From a bacterium (GTDB taxonomy: Bacteria > UBA10199 > 2-02-FULL-44-16 > JAAZCA01), in NCBI GenBank assembly GCA_963674695.2, contig CAXXGI010000002.1:800001-864000 (forward strand): DNA of 64,000 nucleotides, read 5' to 3'. Numbering within the stretch: position 1 is the first letter of the stretch; each line of letters begins with the position of its first letter. Positions 48,686 through 58,602 of this stretch are shown here, piece after piece. The notes beneath the pieces were generated by a model, which was not told the origin of the DNA, did not search any database, and saw nothing but the letters and a program-made list of their open reading frames with translations. The position numbers and the translations under genes are program-made.

Positions 48686-48914
48686 GGGGGAAGGTCAAAT
48701 GCGGTACGATGTGAAATGGAGAACAAGGAAAGAGCTGATCGAATCAGCGGGATGTTCTACCGGCTCAGGTGAGCCGGTAATTAGGAATCAACATCAGGAT
48801 CAACATCAACATCACCATCATTCACAATCAAAAATCAGAAGGCAATTGTGCGATGATATCGTGACTGCTGCACCTTACCCTCAAACGAATGAAGTGTTGT
48901 GAATCGCCCCGGGA

Positions 48915-49826
48915 TTATCGTCTTTGTTCATGCGAATCGACGCTGGATTGAACCAATCCCTCAACGATTCGATCAAGGGTCTCATTGAAAACAATCGGTT
49001 TCTCGAGCATCAGAAAATGTCCTGCATCGTCGATAAATGTAACGTTATAATTTTTGATATACTTTTTATTCGTTTTGACGTTTGTGGGATATATCTTTGA
49101 GTTGATAGAAAAAATGGGGACGCTGATGTGAGCAAAGTAGTCTGTAACCCTCCCTTTTTGGTACTCCCCCAGAAACTCCTCCATTGCACTTACGCCAACA
49201 TGCGGCGGAGATGATGACATATCCTCTGTTATCCAATCAATGAGTTTTGGAGAAGTGCTCGGCACAAACATATCTTTCAGGAAGGACTTGGTAGCCTTCT
49301 TGAAATCTTCTCTGAATGGCTCCAGCATCATCGTAAATACCTCTGACGTTACCGGATATGCAACATCCTGAATGGAATCGACTATTACAATACCAATCAC
49401 CCTTTCTGGGAGAAGGCTGGCCGTTTTTGCAGCTAATTCACCACCCATCGAATGTCCTATGAGGATAACTTTGCTCGAGCCAACTGAATCGACAACAGCT
49501 TTTACATCATCAGCGAAGGAGTCTATCGAATATCTTTTTCTTTCCAGACCTGAACGACCATGGCCGGCAAGATCGATTGTCACCACCTGATATTTTTTTG
49601 AAAAATAGGGAATCTGCTCTTTCCAATAATTGCCGTCGCAGCTCCATCCATGGATGAAAATTAAAGCGGGTTCTTTGCCTGAATACAATTCGTACGATAT
49701 GCGTACACCATCGGAGGAATCAACGCTCTTCACAACACCAACGTGCTTCTTGGATGAGCATCCAAAAGAGAACGATACCATCAATAAGATGCATATCAGA
49801 GCGATGGAGCGAAATGATTTTATCAT
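48915..49826 (-). CDS. Alpha/beta hydrolase, probable lipoprotein
   Basis: FIHGW, DLAGHG, GHSMGG, AGHFLMLEKP; lipobox-like SFGC; low GC. Confidence 0.9.
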   Translation of the reverse strand: MIKSFRSIALICILLMVSFSFGCSSKKHVGVVKSVDSSDGVRISYELYSGKEPALIFIHGWSCDGNYWKEQIPYFSKKYQVVTIDLAGHGRSGLERKRYSIDSFADDVKAVVDSVGSSKVILIGHSMGGELAAKTASLLPERVIGIVIVDSIQDVAYPVTSEVFTMMLEPFREDFKKATKSFLKDMFVPSTSPKLIDWITEDMSSSPPHVGVSAMEEFLGEYQKGRVTDYFAHISVPIFSINSKIYPTNVKTNKKYIKNYNVTFIDDAGHFLMLEKPIVFNETLDRIVEGLVQSSVDSHEQRR

Positions 49827-50025
49827 AGAATGCCTCGTGACTTCCTTCTCATTGAGCTGCGCTGTATATGAGATGTGTTTCAAACTCAATGGTATTATGT
49901 GGCCATCTCTTGACAGGCAGTTCTGGAATCGTTCAACCAGCCAGCCATTGTGTTTTTTACGACGAAGCTCCATGGGAGCGTGGGAAGTTAGAACCATAAT
50001 GCCCCGCCGAATGGCGGGGGCGATG

Positions 50026-50115
50026 GATAACTGGTAGAACCCCTGTTTTAATTCAATCGGGACGGGAGTTTTCCGTTCATGAGGCCCGAAAACTCGCCTC
50101 CGACGGGTGTTTTCC
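50026..50115 (+). repeat. att-like repeat, copy 5
   Basis: GATAACTGGTAGAACCCCTGTTTTAATTCAATCGGGACGGGAG ... GGCCCGAAA ... CCGACGGGTGTTTTCC. Confidence 0.85.
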
Positions 50116-50859
50116 GTGATGGTTATTTCGAGAAGCCAACCCGATGCATGGCTGGAGGAGATCGAGGGGTGTCGGGGAAGGGGTTTGACCGGTGTGGCAG
50201 GACCAGATCAGACCTATAGCGAATACGCTGCGGCCGCTACTGCCGAGATCTGTCCGAACGAGGATGTATGCGCAACGAAATACTATGAAAATGTGCTACG
50301 TCAGTATTCACAGATCTCTGACGCCAATTGCTGGCCGGAATTCCGGTTCAGCTATAGCGAGGGGCCTGCAGTAACGGCTTTTGCGTGGGCAGGTATGGGA
50401 GGTGTCACGCGTCCACTAGAGCGTCGCGCTTTTATGGAGTCTTTTCAAAACGGCAACGAGACATACATGCGTAGTTTTGATACCATCGTTACGGATGCCA
50501 TTGGTGATGATGGATCGGTGGAATGTAATATGCGGGTCGAGTTCCTTTTGGCGTTGGATGCGGTTTCGATCATTACTCCGGATGGAAGCGGACCACCTGA
50601 AGATTCGATCGGAGTTCCGGGAGCGAACATGGCCAAGGCCATTACACCGGGGACGGATCCGACTCTTCTCATTCCCGACGTTGGCGTTGCCTCCACGGTG
50701 CGCTCTGTTTTCAATACAACGATTACTTCAGTGCTGGGAACCGATGAGGCCACGTCTTTATGCCAAGCGCAGCTCGGCGAATCGAATGAACGCACACGGA
50801 ATGGCTTCGTATCGAAAGGGGCGATAGTTGCTGATACCAACCCGATTCCTTCGCCGTGA
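50107..50859 (+). pseudogene. Hypothetical protein, probably a 3' fragment abutting the att-like repeat
   Basis: 250-codon frame that starts inside the repeat; no RBS or signal peptide. Confidence 0.45.
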
Positions 50860-51175
50860 AGTTTTGAGATGAATAAGTTTGTTCGAGTATAGATCCGATA
50901 CGGGGAATAAGTAAGAAAACCTCGTTGTTTAGGTCTAACTTATACTGAACCATATCAGTAAAACTGCCAGCGCATTCGCGTCTCAAATCGAGTCACAATC
51001 GAACAGAACAAACGCCACACCACTGCAACCGGGCTCATATGCGACAAATTGCGCCCCTCGCCTTCTCGCGTTTTCAATTCTGTTCCGTCTGATGGTTTTC
51101 TAGTCCTATCAAGCGCTCACCGGACGCCCGACCTTTCGCTCACAGGGCGAACTCGCTCGATTTCCAGAAACAGCA

Positions 51176-52498
51176 TTATCGTCGCAGTCGCAAAATCTGG
51201 TTCAGAGCAACGGCGAGCAGGGTGGCCAGCGTCAGCGAGGACTCGAAGAGGGGGGCAAGCCACATGGGGACATGGGCGTAGAGTTCGGGGAGGATGTCGA
51301 CACTCAAGCCCAGGGCGAATGGAACGCCGATGACGAAGATTTTTCGGGTGTCGATCCCGCTGCCGATGATGATCTGCAGCCCCGACAGGACCATGAAGCT
51401 GATGACGAAGATCAGGATCGCGCCCATGACCGGATCGGGCATGATCGAGATCAGCGACGAGAGCTGTGGGAAGAAGGCGAGCAGGATGAAGAGCGCACCG
51501 GCGATAAAGCCGATCCAACGGCTCGTTGCCCGCGTTGCCAGCGACATCCCGACGTTGCTTGCCGAGCTGTCGGTTGCCATCCCCCCGAGGAGCCCGGCGG
51601 AGATGACGCTCAAGCCATCGGCGAACAATCCGTTGCCGATGTTGCCGATGTTCGCTTCCTCCCAGCTGGCGTCGTTGGCCTTCTGGGCGATGACGAGATT
51701 TCCGAAGGTCTTGAGGCTTCCGCAAAGGGAGACGATGAGGAACGGGACGAGCAGCGACAGGTCGAAGGAAAATTTAAAATCGCTCAAGCCGCGGATGGGG
51801 CTGTCGACAAGCGGGGCGTGCATGAGGTTGTAGAGATCGACTGACGAGATGATGCCGAAGAGCAGCGAGAGGAGATACCCGGCCGCCATGCCGATCAGCA
51901 CGGAGTAGAGCTTGAGCCGGCCCCGGCTCATGACGTTGACCCCGATCATGATCGCCAGCGTGATCGTCGCCGTCAACACGACTGCGGGCTGGATGCGGTC
52001 GCCGGCGTAGTCGATGCCCACGAATTTCGACGCGCCCAGCGGAACGAGCATGACCGCGACCATGACGACGACGAGCCCCGTGATCTCGACCGGGAAGAGA
52101 ACGCGCAGCTTCGAGATGACGCGCGAGAAGAAGAGCTCGAACAGCCCCGCGACGATCGTCATGCCGCGCATCAGCGGCAGACCGCCGATCCACGCGGCGT
52201 GTACGGACACCGACAGGAAGGACGGTCCGCAGAGGTTGGGGACCAGGTAGCCGGATCCCACACACCCCCGGCCCAGCGACTGCAGGATCGTTCCGATGCC
52301 GGCCGCGATCATCGAGAGCGAGACGACGCTGCGGATCTCGGCGAATGATCCGCCGATCTCCTGCAGGATGACGACCGGGAGGATGAGCGTGCTCGACATG
52401 ACAAAGACGTGCTGAAGGGCGAGGACCAGCAGCACCGCGAGCGGGGGCCTCTCATCCACAGCATAGATCAGATCGTCTGGTCTTAGAACTTTTTCCAT
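51176..52498 (-). CDS. NCS2 (xanthine/uracil) family permease
   Basis: LIYAVDERPP, LALQH, LFADG, SSASNVG signature region, PDPVMGA. Confidence 0.9.
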   Translation of the reverse strand: MEKVLRPDDLIYAVDERPPLAVLLVLALQHVFVMSSTLILPVVILQEIGGSFAEIRSVVSLSMIAAGIGTILQSLGRGCVGSGYLVPNLCGPSFLSVSVHAAWIGGLPLMRGMTIVAGLFELFFSRVISKLRVLFPVEITGLVVVMVAVMLVPLGASKFVGIDYAGDRIQPAVVLTATITLAIMIGVNVMSRGRLKLYSVLIGMAAGYLLSLLFGIISSVDLYNLMHAPLVDSPIRGLSDFKFSFDLSLLVPFLIVSLCGSLKTFGNLVIAQKANDASWEEANIGNIGNGLFADGLSVISAGLLGGMATDSSASNVGMSLATRATSRWIGFIAGALFILLAFFPQLSSLISIMPDPVMGAILIFVISFMVLSGLQIIIGSGIDTRKIFVIGVPFALGLSVDILPELYAHVPMWLAPLFESSLTLATLLAVALNQILRLRR

Positions 52499-53397
52499 AT
52501 GGGATCGATGGCAAAGTAGTCGGAGCCGACGATATAGGCCGTGCCCTTCACGTCGACCCTTCGCAGATATGCGATCTTCTTGGATGGCCTGGTCTCTCCC
52601 GGCTTCGGCCACATGTAGCTGATCCAGGCCGTGTCCGTCGTCTTGAGCGCGTCGATCATCTCCTCGATGGTTTTTCTTCCCATGGCGTCCCTGAAGCCGA
52701 GCAGGTTTCTCCCGCTGCCCTCGCCTGCAAACGCCTTGAGGTCAGGCGAAGCGGGATCGACGATAACATGCCCGGTCATGTCGAGGACGAAGAGGTAGAT
52801 ATCCTTATAGACGAAGCGGCTCGACCGGTCGGCAAACACCGCAAACGCGGCCGTCCCTTTCTCTCGGATCAGGTCCACCGCTGCATCGACCGTTTCGACC
52901 AGGAACTGCCGCTCGGTGCGCATGTTGTAGATGCCGCTGCCGATGAGGACGTCCGTGCCGTCGAGGCCGGTTGTGCGCAGGACATACGAGCTCTTCCAGG
53001 TCGGGAGGAGGCCGCCCGGCTCGAGCCAGAGATAATGGACCCAGCCGCCCGGGTCGGAAGGATCGCGCGTGGTCACATCGATCATCTGCCGGATGATTGG
53101 CTTTCCCTCGAGATCCCGAAGGCTCAGGATGTTCTTTCCGACGAGGTCGGGGTTGAAGGGATCGAACAGGGGGGTGCCATGTATGTCGATGACGAAGAGA
53201 TAGTGGCTGTCCTCTTTCTCAAATTCCGCGAATGCGCGTGCTCCTTTCCGGGAGAAGAGCTCCGCGGCATCGTGAACGGAATCGATGAGTTCCTGCGTCT
53301 CCCGGAACTGGTACTTGTCCAGCTCCTCGTCTGCGGCAAGGGAGGCCGTCGGGAATGCGAGGACCAGCAGCATGGAAAGAACTCTGAATCGCATCAT
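52483..53397 (-). CDS. Stand-alone periplasmic tandem Cache-domain protein
   Basis: Signal peptide; two repeats of YLFV.D..G, L.D..G..II, W..Y.W..PG, K..Y, GS. Confidence 0.88.
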   Translation of the reverse strand: MMRFRVLSMLLVLAFPTASLAADEELDKYQFRETQELIDSVHDAAELFSRKGARAFAEFEKEDSHYLFVIDIHGTPLFDPFNPDLVGKNILSLRDLEGKPIIRQMIDVTTRDPSDPGGWVHYLWLEPGGLLPTWKSSYVLRTTGLDGTDVLIGSGIYNMRTERQFLVETVDAAVDLIREKGTAAFAVFADRSSRFVYKDIYLFVLDMTGHVIVDPASPDLKAFAGEGSGRNLLGFRDAMGRKTIEEMIDALKTTDTAWISYMWPKPGETRPSKKIAYLRRVDVKGTAYIVGSDYFAIDPIWKKF

Positions 53398-53467
53398 ATC
53401 TCCGAATCTCCGACCGATCATATTGAATGCGGCGGATTTTTGCAAAGTGCAAAAATATGCACGTCCA

Positions 53468-53517
53468 GAGGTTTTCCGTTTTTGGAGCCAAAAGGCCCGC
53501 GTCCGGCGGGAGTATTC
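53468..53517 (+). repeat. Partial att-like repeat, copy 6
   Basis: GGTTTTCCGTTTTTGGAGCCAAAAGGCCCGCGTCCGGCGGG resembles the 3' part of copies 3 and 5. Confidence 0.6.
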
Positions 53518-53683
53518 TGCGAGTGGTATGTCAAAATTCCCGCCCGACGTGTATGTTGGGGAGATCGGGGATGGCTGGAAGAGGGGTTCGATAGGTCAGA
53601 AAGGATGGTAGGGATGGGAGATGGGGGCTTCCCTATCGAGAGGTACGCTTTCCCAGTTTTTCGTAAAGATGGAGAAAAATGTA

Positions 53684-53710
53684 GCAACAAAAGGAGGTTG
53701 TGGTCGATAG
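53684..53710 (+). promoter_or_regulatory. Putative sigma28-like promoter
   Basis: GCAACAAAA-N10-GTCGATAG. Confidence 0.5.
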
Positions 53711-53736
53711 CAAGAGAGACCTGAGAGGAGAAGACT

Positions 53737-55014
53737 GTGGTCCAAGGGATGACAACACGGGGTTTGGTTCGGGAATTCGTCAAGGCTCATGATCGGGATC
53801 CCTCGAACAACGTACCTGAGCCGATTCCAGAGTCCCGGGTGAACGAGGATTTTGCCGATCTGTATTTGGCCAATGTCATCGGCTCTCTTGGCGCTTCTTC
53901 CGCCTCAGACTTTCATGAGGCCAACGCGGAATTCTTTAAATATCTTCCTCCGCCATGTCGTGCACGGGTGCTTACCTCCATTCATCGTAGCTGTGCGATG
54001 GTGAATGATTCAGCCTTCTGCAGGAATGAACGTTGGAACATGAGCTGTCTTACAGAGCAAGCTCCTGCTGATGTCGATGCTAGAGCGTTGAGCCGAGAGG
54101 ATATAAAAACCCTACACCATTTCTCTGTGTTGCAAGATCCAAAGGCGTTCCCAGCGATTTCAGCACAGGAAACATCGGCTGTTTATAAAAAGATTCAATG
54201 GCTCATCACGCGCTCTCACGCGGCAGGTCTGGAAGCGTTTGCCTTGCGATTGGAAGATCTTCTCAAACAAGGGCGCATTCGGTTGTTTGAAAACATGGAG
54301 GAACAGATCAACGCCAGTGGGTTTGTCGACCCACGAACTGAAACTGTTTATCTGAGCTGCTACATGTTTGAAGCTTCGTGGGCTGATGAAGCGGAGGTGT
54401 CTTCCGAAGACATTAGTGAAACAGAGCTGTTAGCCTATGCTCGAAAACAGCTCTCTATCGAATGGAATTTCCACTGCCCGGAATTAGAGATGGGCCAGCT
54501 AGAAAAAATTGCAAAAAAGTTTCCTCGCTTTCGACCGAAGGCGATTCAAAGAAAACTTCTCAATCAACGAAGAAAACAGCTCGCTGAACGCTATGCCTTC
54601 TACTATGGAAGCTTGGCTCGACATACTTTCCCCCCAGAGATGCCGAGCTGGTTGATCGGTGTGGCTCATGAGGTGCGCCACGTAGAACAATATGCTCAAA
54701 ATCGAACCAACTGGAATCCATCGTGGTTGAAGAAGACCTCAGGCGCCGATCAAGCATATTATTTCTCCTTGCTGACATGGGTTCTCAATCGTGCCTTTGA
54801 GGTGCCTCAGCAGATGATTCCAGGAGGCATGCTGTATCAGTCTTTACGGGAAATAGGTTTTGATCCGAGTCAGTCTGAATTTCAAATGGAGCAGAATTCA
54901 GACAGCATATCGTATCTCGTCAGAGCTTCCGAACGGGATGCAGCCCTTTATGGAGTCCACGTTGCCAAGAAGCTCCTTCCTTTTTGGCGGGCGAGCCAAA
55001 GAGAGGCGAGGTAA
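53737..55014 (+). CDS. Hypothetical protein with HExxH motif
   Basis: GAGGAG RBS; AHEVRHVEQY plus downstream SERDA; lower GC. Confidence 0.7.
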   Translation: MVQGMTTRGLVREFVKAHDRDPSNNVPEPIPESRVNEDFADLYLANVIGSLGASSASDFHEANAEFFKYLPPPCRARVLTSIHRSCAMVNDSAFCRNERWNMSCLTEQAPADVDARALSREDIKTLHHFSVLQDPKAFPAISAQETSAVYKKIQWLITRSHAAGLEAFALRLEDLLKQGRIRLFENMEEQINASGFVDPRTETVYLSCYMFEASWADEAEVSSEDISETELLAYARKQLSIEWNFHCPELEMGQLEKIAKKFPRFRPKAIQRKLLNQRRKQLAERYAFYYGSLARHTFPPEMPSWLIGVAHEVRHVEQYAQNRTNWNPSWLKKTSGADQAYYFSLLTWVLNRAFEVPQQMIPGGMLYQSLREIGFDPSQSEFQMEQNSDSISYLVRASERDAALYGVHVAKKLLPFWRASQREAR

Positions 55015-55133
55015 CGTCCTGTTCAATTGACCTTCCAAAAAGCCGCTCGTCGAATGATCAAGTGCCGACGCGTGCGTGCGCGCGCCGGCACCCCTTCGGC
55101 CACCTTAACGGATATCCGCAGAGCGGAGCAATT

Positions 55134-56225
55134 CTACTTCGCCCTGTCGGTAACATCGATGAACGGCGTATCCCCTTTGAGGTTGATGGTCTTGATGGTG
55201 GGGGCGTTGAGATCCATCTTCATCAGATCGACCATCTTGATCGACATGTCGTCATAGGTGCGCATGTAGAAGCGCTTGTGCTTCAGATCCGCCACGCTCG
55301 TCCACTGCGTATATTCGATGCCCTTTTTCGCACTCTTGGACGTCCGCACGGAGCCCATCGGGATATCGAAGTTGTTGAGAATGTGGAACGCCTGAAGGAC
55401 GACATCTGTATCTGTCTGTACGGGTACAGCCATGCCGCTGAAGAAGGCAGCGCGAACGAAGCGAGATGGAGAGGTCCAATCACCGGGGCTTCCCAGAAAG
55501 CCCGTCCCCATGCTTAACGCTTTGAGCTCGACCCCACGGAGGTTGACCGGAGGCGCGTTCACGGGAGTCAGGTTGATGTAGTTTCTGAGGTTCGTCATGT
55601 GCCAGTCGAAGGCTGGAACGTTTGTCATCACGCCTATCGTATTGTCGAAGACTTTGAGTTCCCCCCCGATGGGATCGATCGCGATGTTGTTTCCCTGCGC
55701 ATCGACGACGTCAAAGTGGTAGGTCTGCTTGCTTCCCGCGGTAAGATAGTTCGGCATGACGACCCTGATCTCCGCTAGGGCATTGCGCACCTCCTCCACC
55801 GTTGCGAAGTTCGTAAGCATCCATGTCGCCATGTCGAGTGGCGAAATCGTGCGCGAAGCCTGGGCCTTATCGTATGTCTGGAACTGTGCAAATCCCGGAA
55901 AGAAGAAGAGGCCGACGGCGAGCCCCTTCTCGTTCACGCCATCGACGATGACCGGTTTGCCCACGGCATTTGCGCCGACAACACCATACTTCGACGTCCA
56001 CGTCATGCCGGGTTTGCCGTTGGGCAGTGAACCTGTGAACTCCATCCCCCGAGGTAGAACGATAATGTTTGATTCCAGATCTGCAACAAACTCAAGCGAA
56101 CGCGCGTGCACCACCGTGCCATCCTTTGCACTGAGTCGAATGCCGGTGCATGCATCGACTGAGGATGCGGATGAGACGATCAGCGTTGCCATGGCCACAA
56201 AAGCCAATGCGATGGATTTCTGCAT
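55134..56225 (-). CDS. Choloylglycine hydrolase / penicillin V acylase family Ntn hydrolase
   Basis: Signal peptide then CTG nucleophile; DGVNEKGL, VMTN, PGDWTSPSRFVRA, YTQWT. Confidence 0.93.
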   Translation of the reverse strand: MQKSIALAFVAMATLIVSSASSVDACTGIRLSAKDGTVVHARSLEFVADLESNIIVLPRGMEFTGSLPNGKPGMTWTSKYGVVGANAVGKPVIVDGVNEKGLAVGLFFFPGFAQFQTYDKAQASRTISPLDMATWMLTNFATVEEVRNALAEIRVVMPNYLTAGSKQTYHFDVVDAQGNNIAIDPIGGELKVFDNTIGVMTNVPAFDWHMTNLRNYINLTPVNAPPVNLRGVELKALSMGTGFLGSPGDWTSPSRFVRAAFFSGMAVPVQTDTDVVLQAFHILNNFDIPMGSVRTSKSAKKGIEYTQWTSVADLKHKRFYMRTYDDMSIKMVDLMKMDLNAPTIKTINLKGDTPFIDVTDRAK

Positions 56226-56467
56226 GTGATCCCCCTTTTTTGTGATGGCATGAGTGTGCCCACTCATTTGGGGAACACAATAGAAAATCGTTGCATAGGT
56301 TTCCTTTTCATTCCCGAACAGATGCCCCTGGAGGTCGGGACGAAGTGGCACCTGGTCAAACCAGAAGCGCCCCCTGCTTGATGAGTCGGCAAACCACCTC
56401 GACATGTCGTCGATTGATGCTATAGGAGTTCTGACGAGTTTTTGGGCAACGTTGGAGGGAGTGAAGC

Positions 56468-58015
56468 GTGAATATTGTCGTCGATAATATCGATCTGGAG
56501 CCGGGGTGCGATGAAGCGGCCTTGGAATTGCGTGCCTCCAAAACGTATAGGGCGAATCTCAAGCTGTATAGGATTCTTCGTAAATCGATCGACGCCCGAA
56601 AAAAAGGCCGGGTGGTGGTCAAATATCGAGCGGTCTTTACGGTGGACGACAAGGAGGTTCATCGTTTGATCAAAGCGGGCTGTACCACCTATCACGAGTC
56701 CCCGGCGGTTGCACTCGCAACGGGTGGTGATCCTGGAAGTGTTCTCATTGTGGGGAGTGGCCCTGCCGGTCTTTTTGCGGCACTCCGCCTGATGGAGCGC
56801 GGCATTCGCGCGACGATTCTTGAACGCGGAAAGCGTGTCGACGAGCGACATCAGGATGTGGCGCTCTTGAAGCAAGAAGGGGTGCTCAATACCGAGAGCA
56901 ACGTGGTCTTCGGCGAGGGGGGTGCGGGAACGTATTCCGATGGAAAGCTCACGACGCGCATCAATAAGGACGGCATGGAATGGCTCTTTGAAAAGCTGGT
57001 TGAGTACGGTGCTCCCGACACGATTCTTTTTGATGCCAAACCCCACATCGGAACGGATATTCTTTCGAACGTGGTCGTGAATATTCGAAAAAAACTCATA
57101 GCGTTTGGAACGGAGTTTCACTTCGGAGAGAGGGTGGTCGACATCGTCTCTCGTGAGGGAAAGGCTGTGGCTGTACATACCGTTTCCGGAAAAGAGATCC
57201 CAGCTGACCATATCATTGTGGCGTGCGGACATTCGGCGCGTGACCTTTTTGAATCGTTCGAGAAACAGGGCATCGTTCTCGAAAAGAAGGGCTTTGCCGT
57301 CGGCGTTCGCATCGAGCATCCGGCAGCGTTTATCAACAAGGCGCAATATGGCGTGCAGTATGCCAAACTTCCCGCGGCGGACTACCGGCTGGCATGTACC
57401 AACAAGGCGAGTCGGCGTGGAACATACTCGTTCTGCATGTGCCCAGGGGGAGAGGTGGTCAATGCTTCTTCTGAACAGGCGATGCTCTGTGTCAATGGCA
57501 TGAGCTCTTCCAAGCGCGATCTTCCCTTTTCGAACTCCGCGATCGTGGTTGCGGTACGGCCGGAGGATGTGGGACCGGGTGCCCTCGGGGGCATTTGCTT
57601 CCAGCGTGACCTGGAGAAGAGGGCCTTCGATGCGGGAGGGGGAGGATTTGTTTCACCGGCGACGAGTGCCGCGACCTTCTGTACGGGAAAATCAAAACCG
57701 ATGGAGCGAATTTCGTACGTCACGGGCTTTCGGGAAGCGGACTTTTCGAGGATCCTTCCGACGTTTGTGGTCGAGGAACTCAAGCGGTCGTTGTTCGTCT
57801 TTGACCGGACGATCAAGGGTTTTGTTTCTGAGGGAGTGGTCATCGGCGTTGAGACGCGCACATCATCACCGGTACGAATCGTGCGTGGCGATGATTTTCA
57901 ATCGGTTTCGCTCAAACGACTCTATCCGGCAGGTGAAGGATCGGGCTACGCGGGCGGGATCGTGAGCTCGGCCGTGGATGGATTGCGAATTGCGGATCAC
58001 ATTGCGGGCTTTTAG
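56468..58015 (+). CDS. FAD-dependent oxidoreductase (COG2509-type)
   Basis: GSGPAG, FGEGGAGTYSDGKL, PHIGTD, SFCMCPGG, ETRTSSP, GEGSGYAGGIVSSAVDG. Confidence 0.92.
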   Translation: MNIVVDNIDLEPGCDEAALELRASKTYRANLKLYRILRKSIDARKKGRVVVKYRAVFTVDDKEVHRLIKAGCTTYHESPAVALATGGDPGSVLIVGSGPAGLFAALRLMERGIRATILERGKRVDERHQDVALLKQEGVLNTESNVVFGEGGAGTYSDGKLTTRINKDGMEWLFEKLVEYGAPDTILFDAKPHIGTDILSNVVVNIRKKLIAFGTEFHFGERVVDIVSREGKAVAVHTVSGKEIPADHIIVACGHSARDLFESFEKQGIVLEKKGFAVGVRIEHPAAFINKAQYGVQYAKLPAADYRLACTNKASRRGTYSFCMCPGGEVVNASSEQAMLCVNGMSSSKRDLPFSNSAIVVAVRPEDVGPGALGGICFQRDLEKRAFDAGGGGFVSPATSAATFCTGKSKPMERISYVTGFREADFSRILPTFVVEELKRSLFVFDRTIKGFVSEGVVIGVETRTSSPVRIVRGDDFQSVSLKRLYPAGEGSGYAGGIVSSAVDGLRIADHIAGF

Positions 58016-58104
58016 GGGGCTGATTCAGTATGGAAAGGAAGATGGGTTCGATTGGTCGGAGAGGATGCAAGGGCGGTGGGGGGATAATTTGAGGCGAGAT
58101 GATG

Positions 58105-58575
58105 TTACTTCGTATTGAACATGATCTTTGCGCTTTCTGTCATGAGTGTTCCGTGCGGGATGATGAGTTCAGTGGCACCTTGTTCCGTTTTGACTATTGC
58201 AACGATATGCATGGCCGCTTTAGTGGATACCTTCAGGTTGATCTCAAGAAAGACGGGCTTGAGAAAGAAACACTCGATAACGCCCCGAACTGGATTGCCA
58301 TCGACTGTTGCATCGATGGTGTCGCCAACGTTTAAGATGTGATCTTGAAATCGTATCGTCTTGAGATCGGATGCCTCGGGAGCGGGTTTGATGTCGATTC
58401 GTTGGCCAGAACTCATCGTAAGCCAGCTCGTTTTCTTGGGAACGCTCTCTTCGGTTTCGCATTTGTCATGGTGAACCGATAAACGTTCATCCCTTCCATC
58501 GCCATCCAGATCATACACATCATATTCCCGTGTAGTTGGTTTTCGGTGGGTGCATTTTCGTATGGGTGTCGTCAT
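58105..58575 (-). CDS. Hypothetical protein
   Basis: AAGGA RBS; DLDGDGRDE Ca-binding-like motif; sigma28-like motif upstream. Confidence 0.6.
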   Translation of the reverse strand: MTTPIRKCTHRKPTTREYDVYDLDGDGRDERLSVHHDKCETEESVPKKTSWLTMSSGQRIDIKPAPEASDLKTIRFQDHILNVGDTIDATVDGNPVRGVIECFFLKPVFLEINLKVSTKAAMHIVAIVKTEQGATELIIPHGTLMTESAKIMFNTK

Positions 58576-58602
58576 GAAGATTCCTTTATTACCTTACCTG
58601 TA

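Noticed and set aside
48785-48840. 67-aa ORF with QHQDQHQHHHH
   Set aside because: Product of a degenerate hexamer repeat (ATCAAC-like); no coding support.
50873-50901. Sixth sigma28-like motif (TAAGTTT...TCCGATAC)
   Set aside because: Spacing is 2 nt longer than the main set and no convincing downstream gene.
41382-53520. CRISPR array or classical integron interpretation of the recurring repeats
   Set aside because: Spacing is kilobases with whole genes between copies; no cas or intI gene in the window; I could not see attC-type RYYYAAC...GTTRRRY palindromes.
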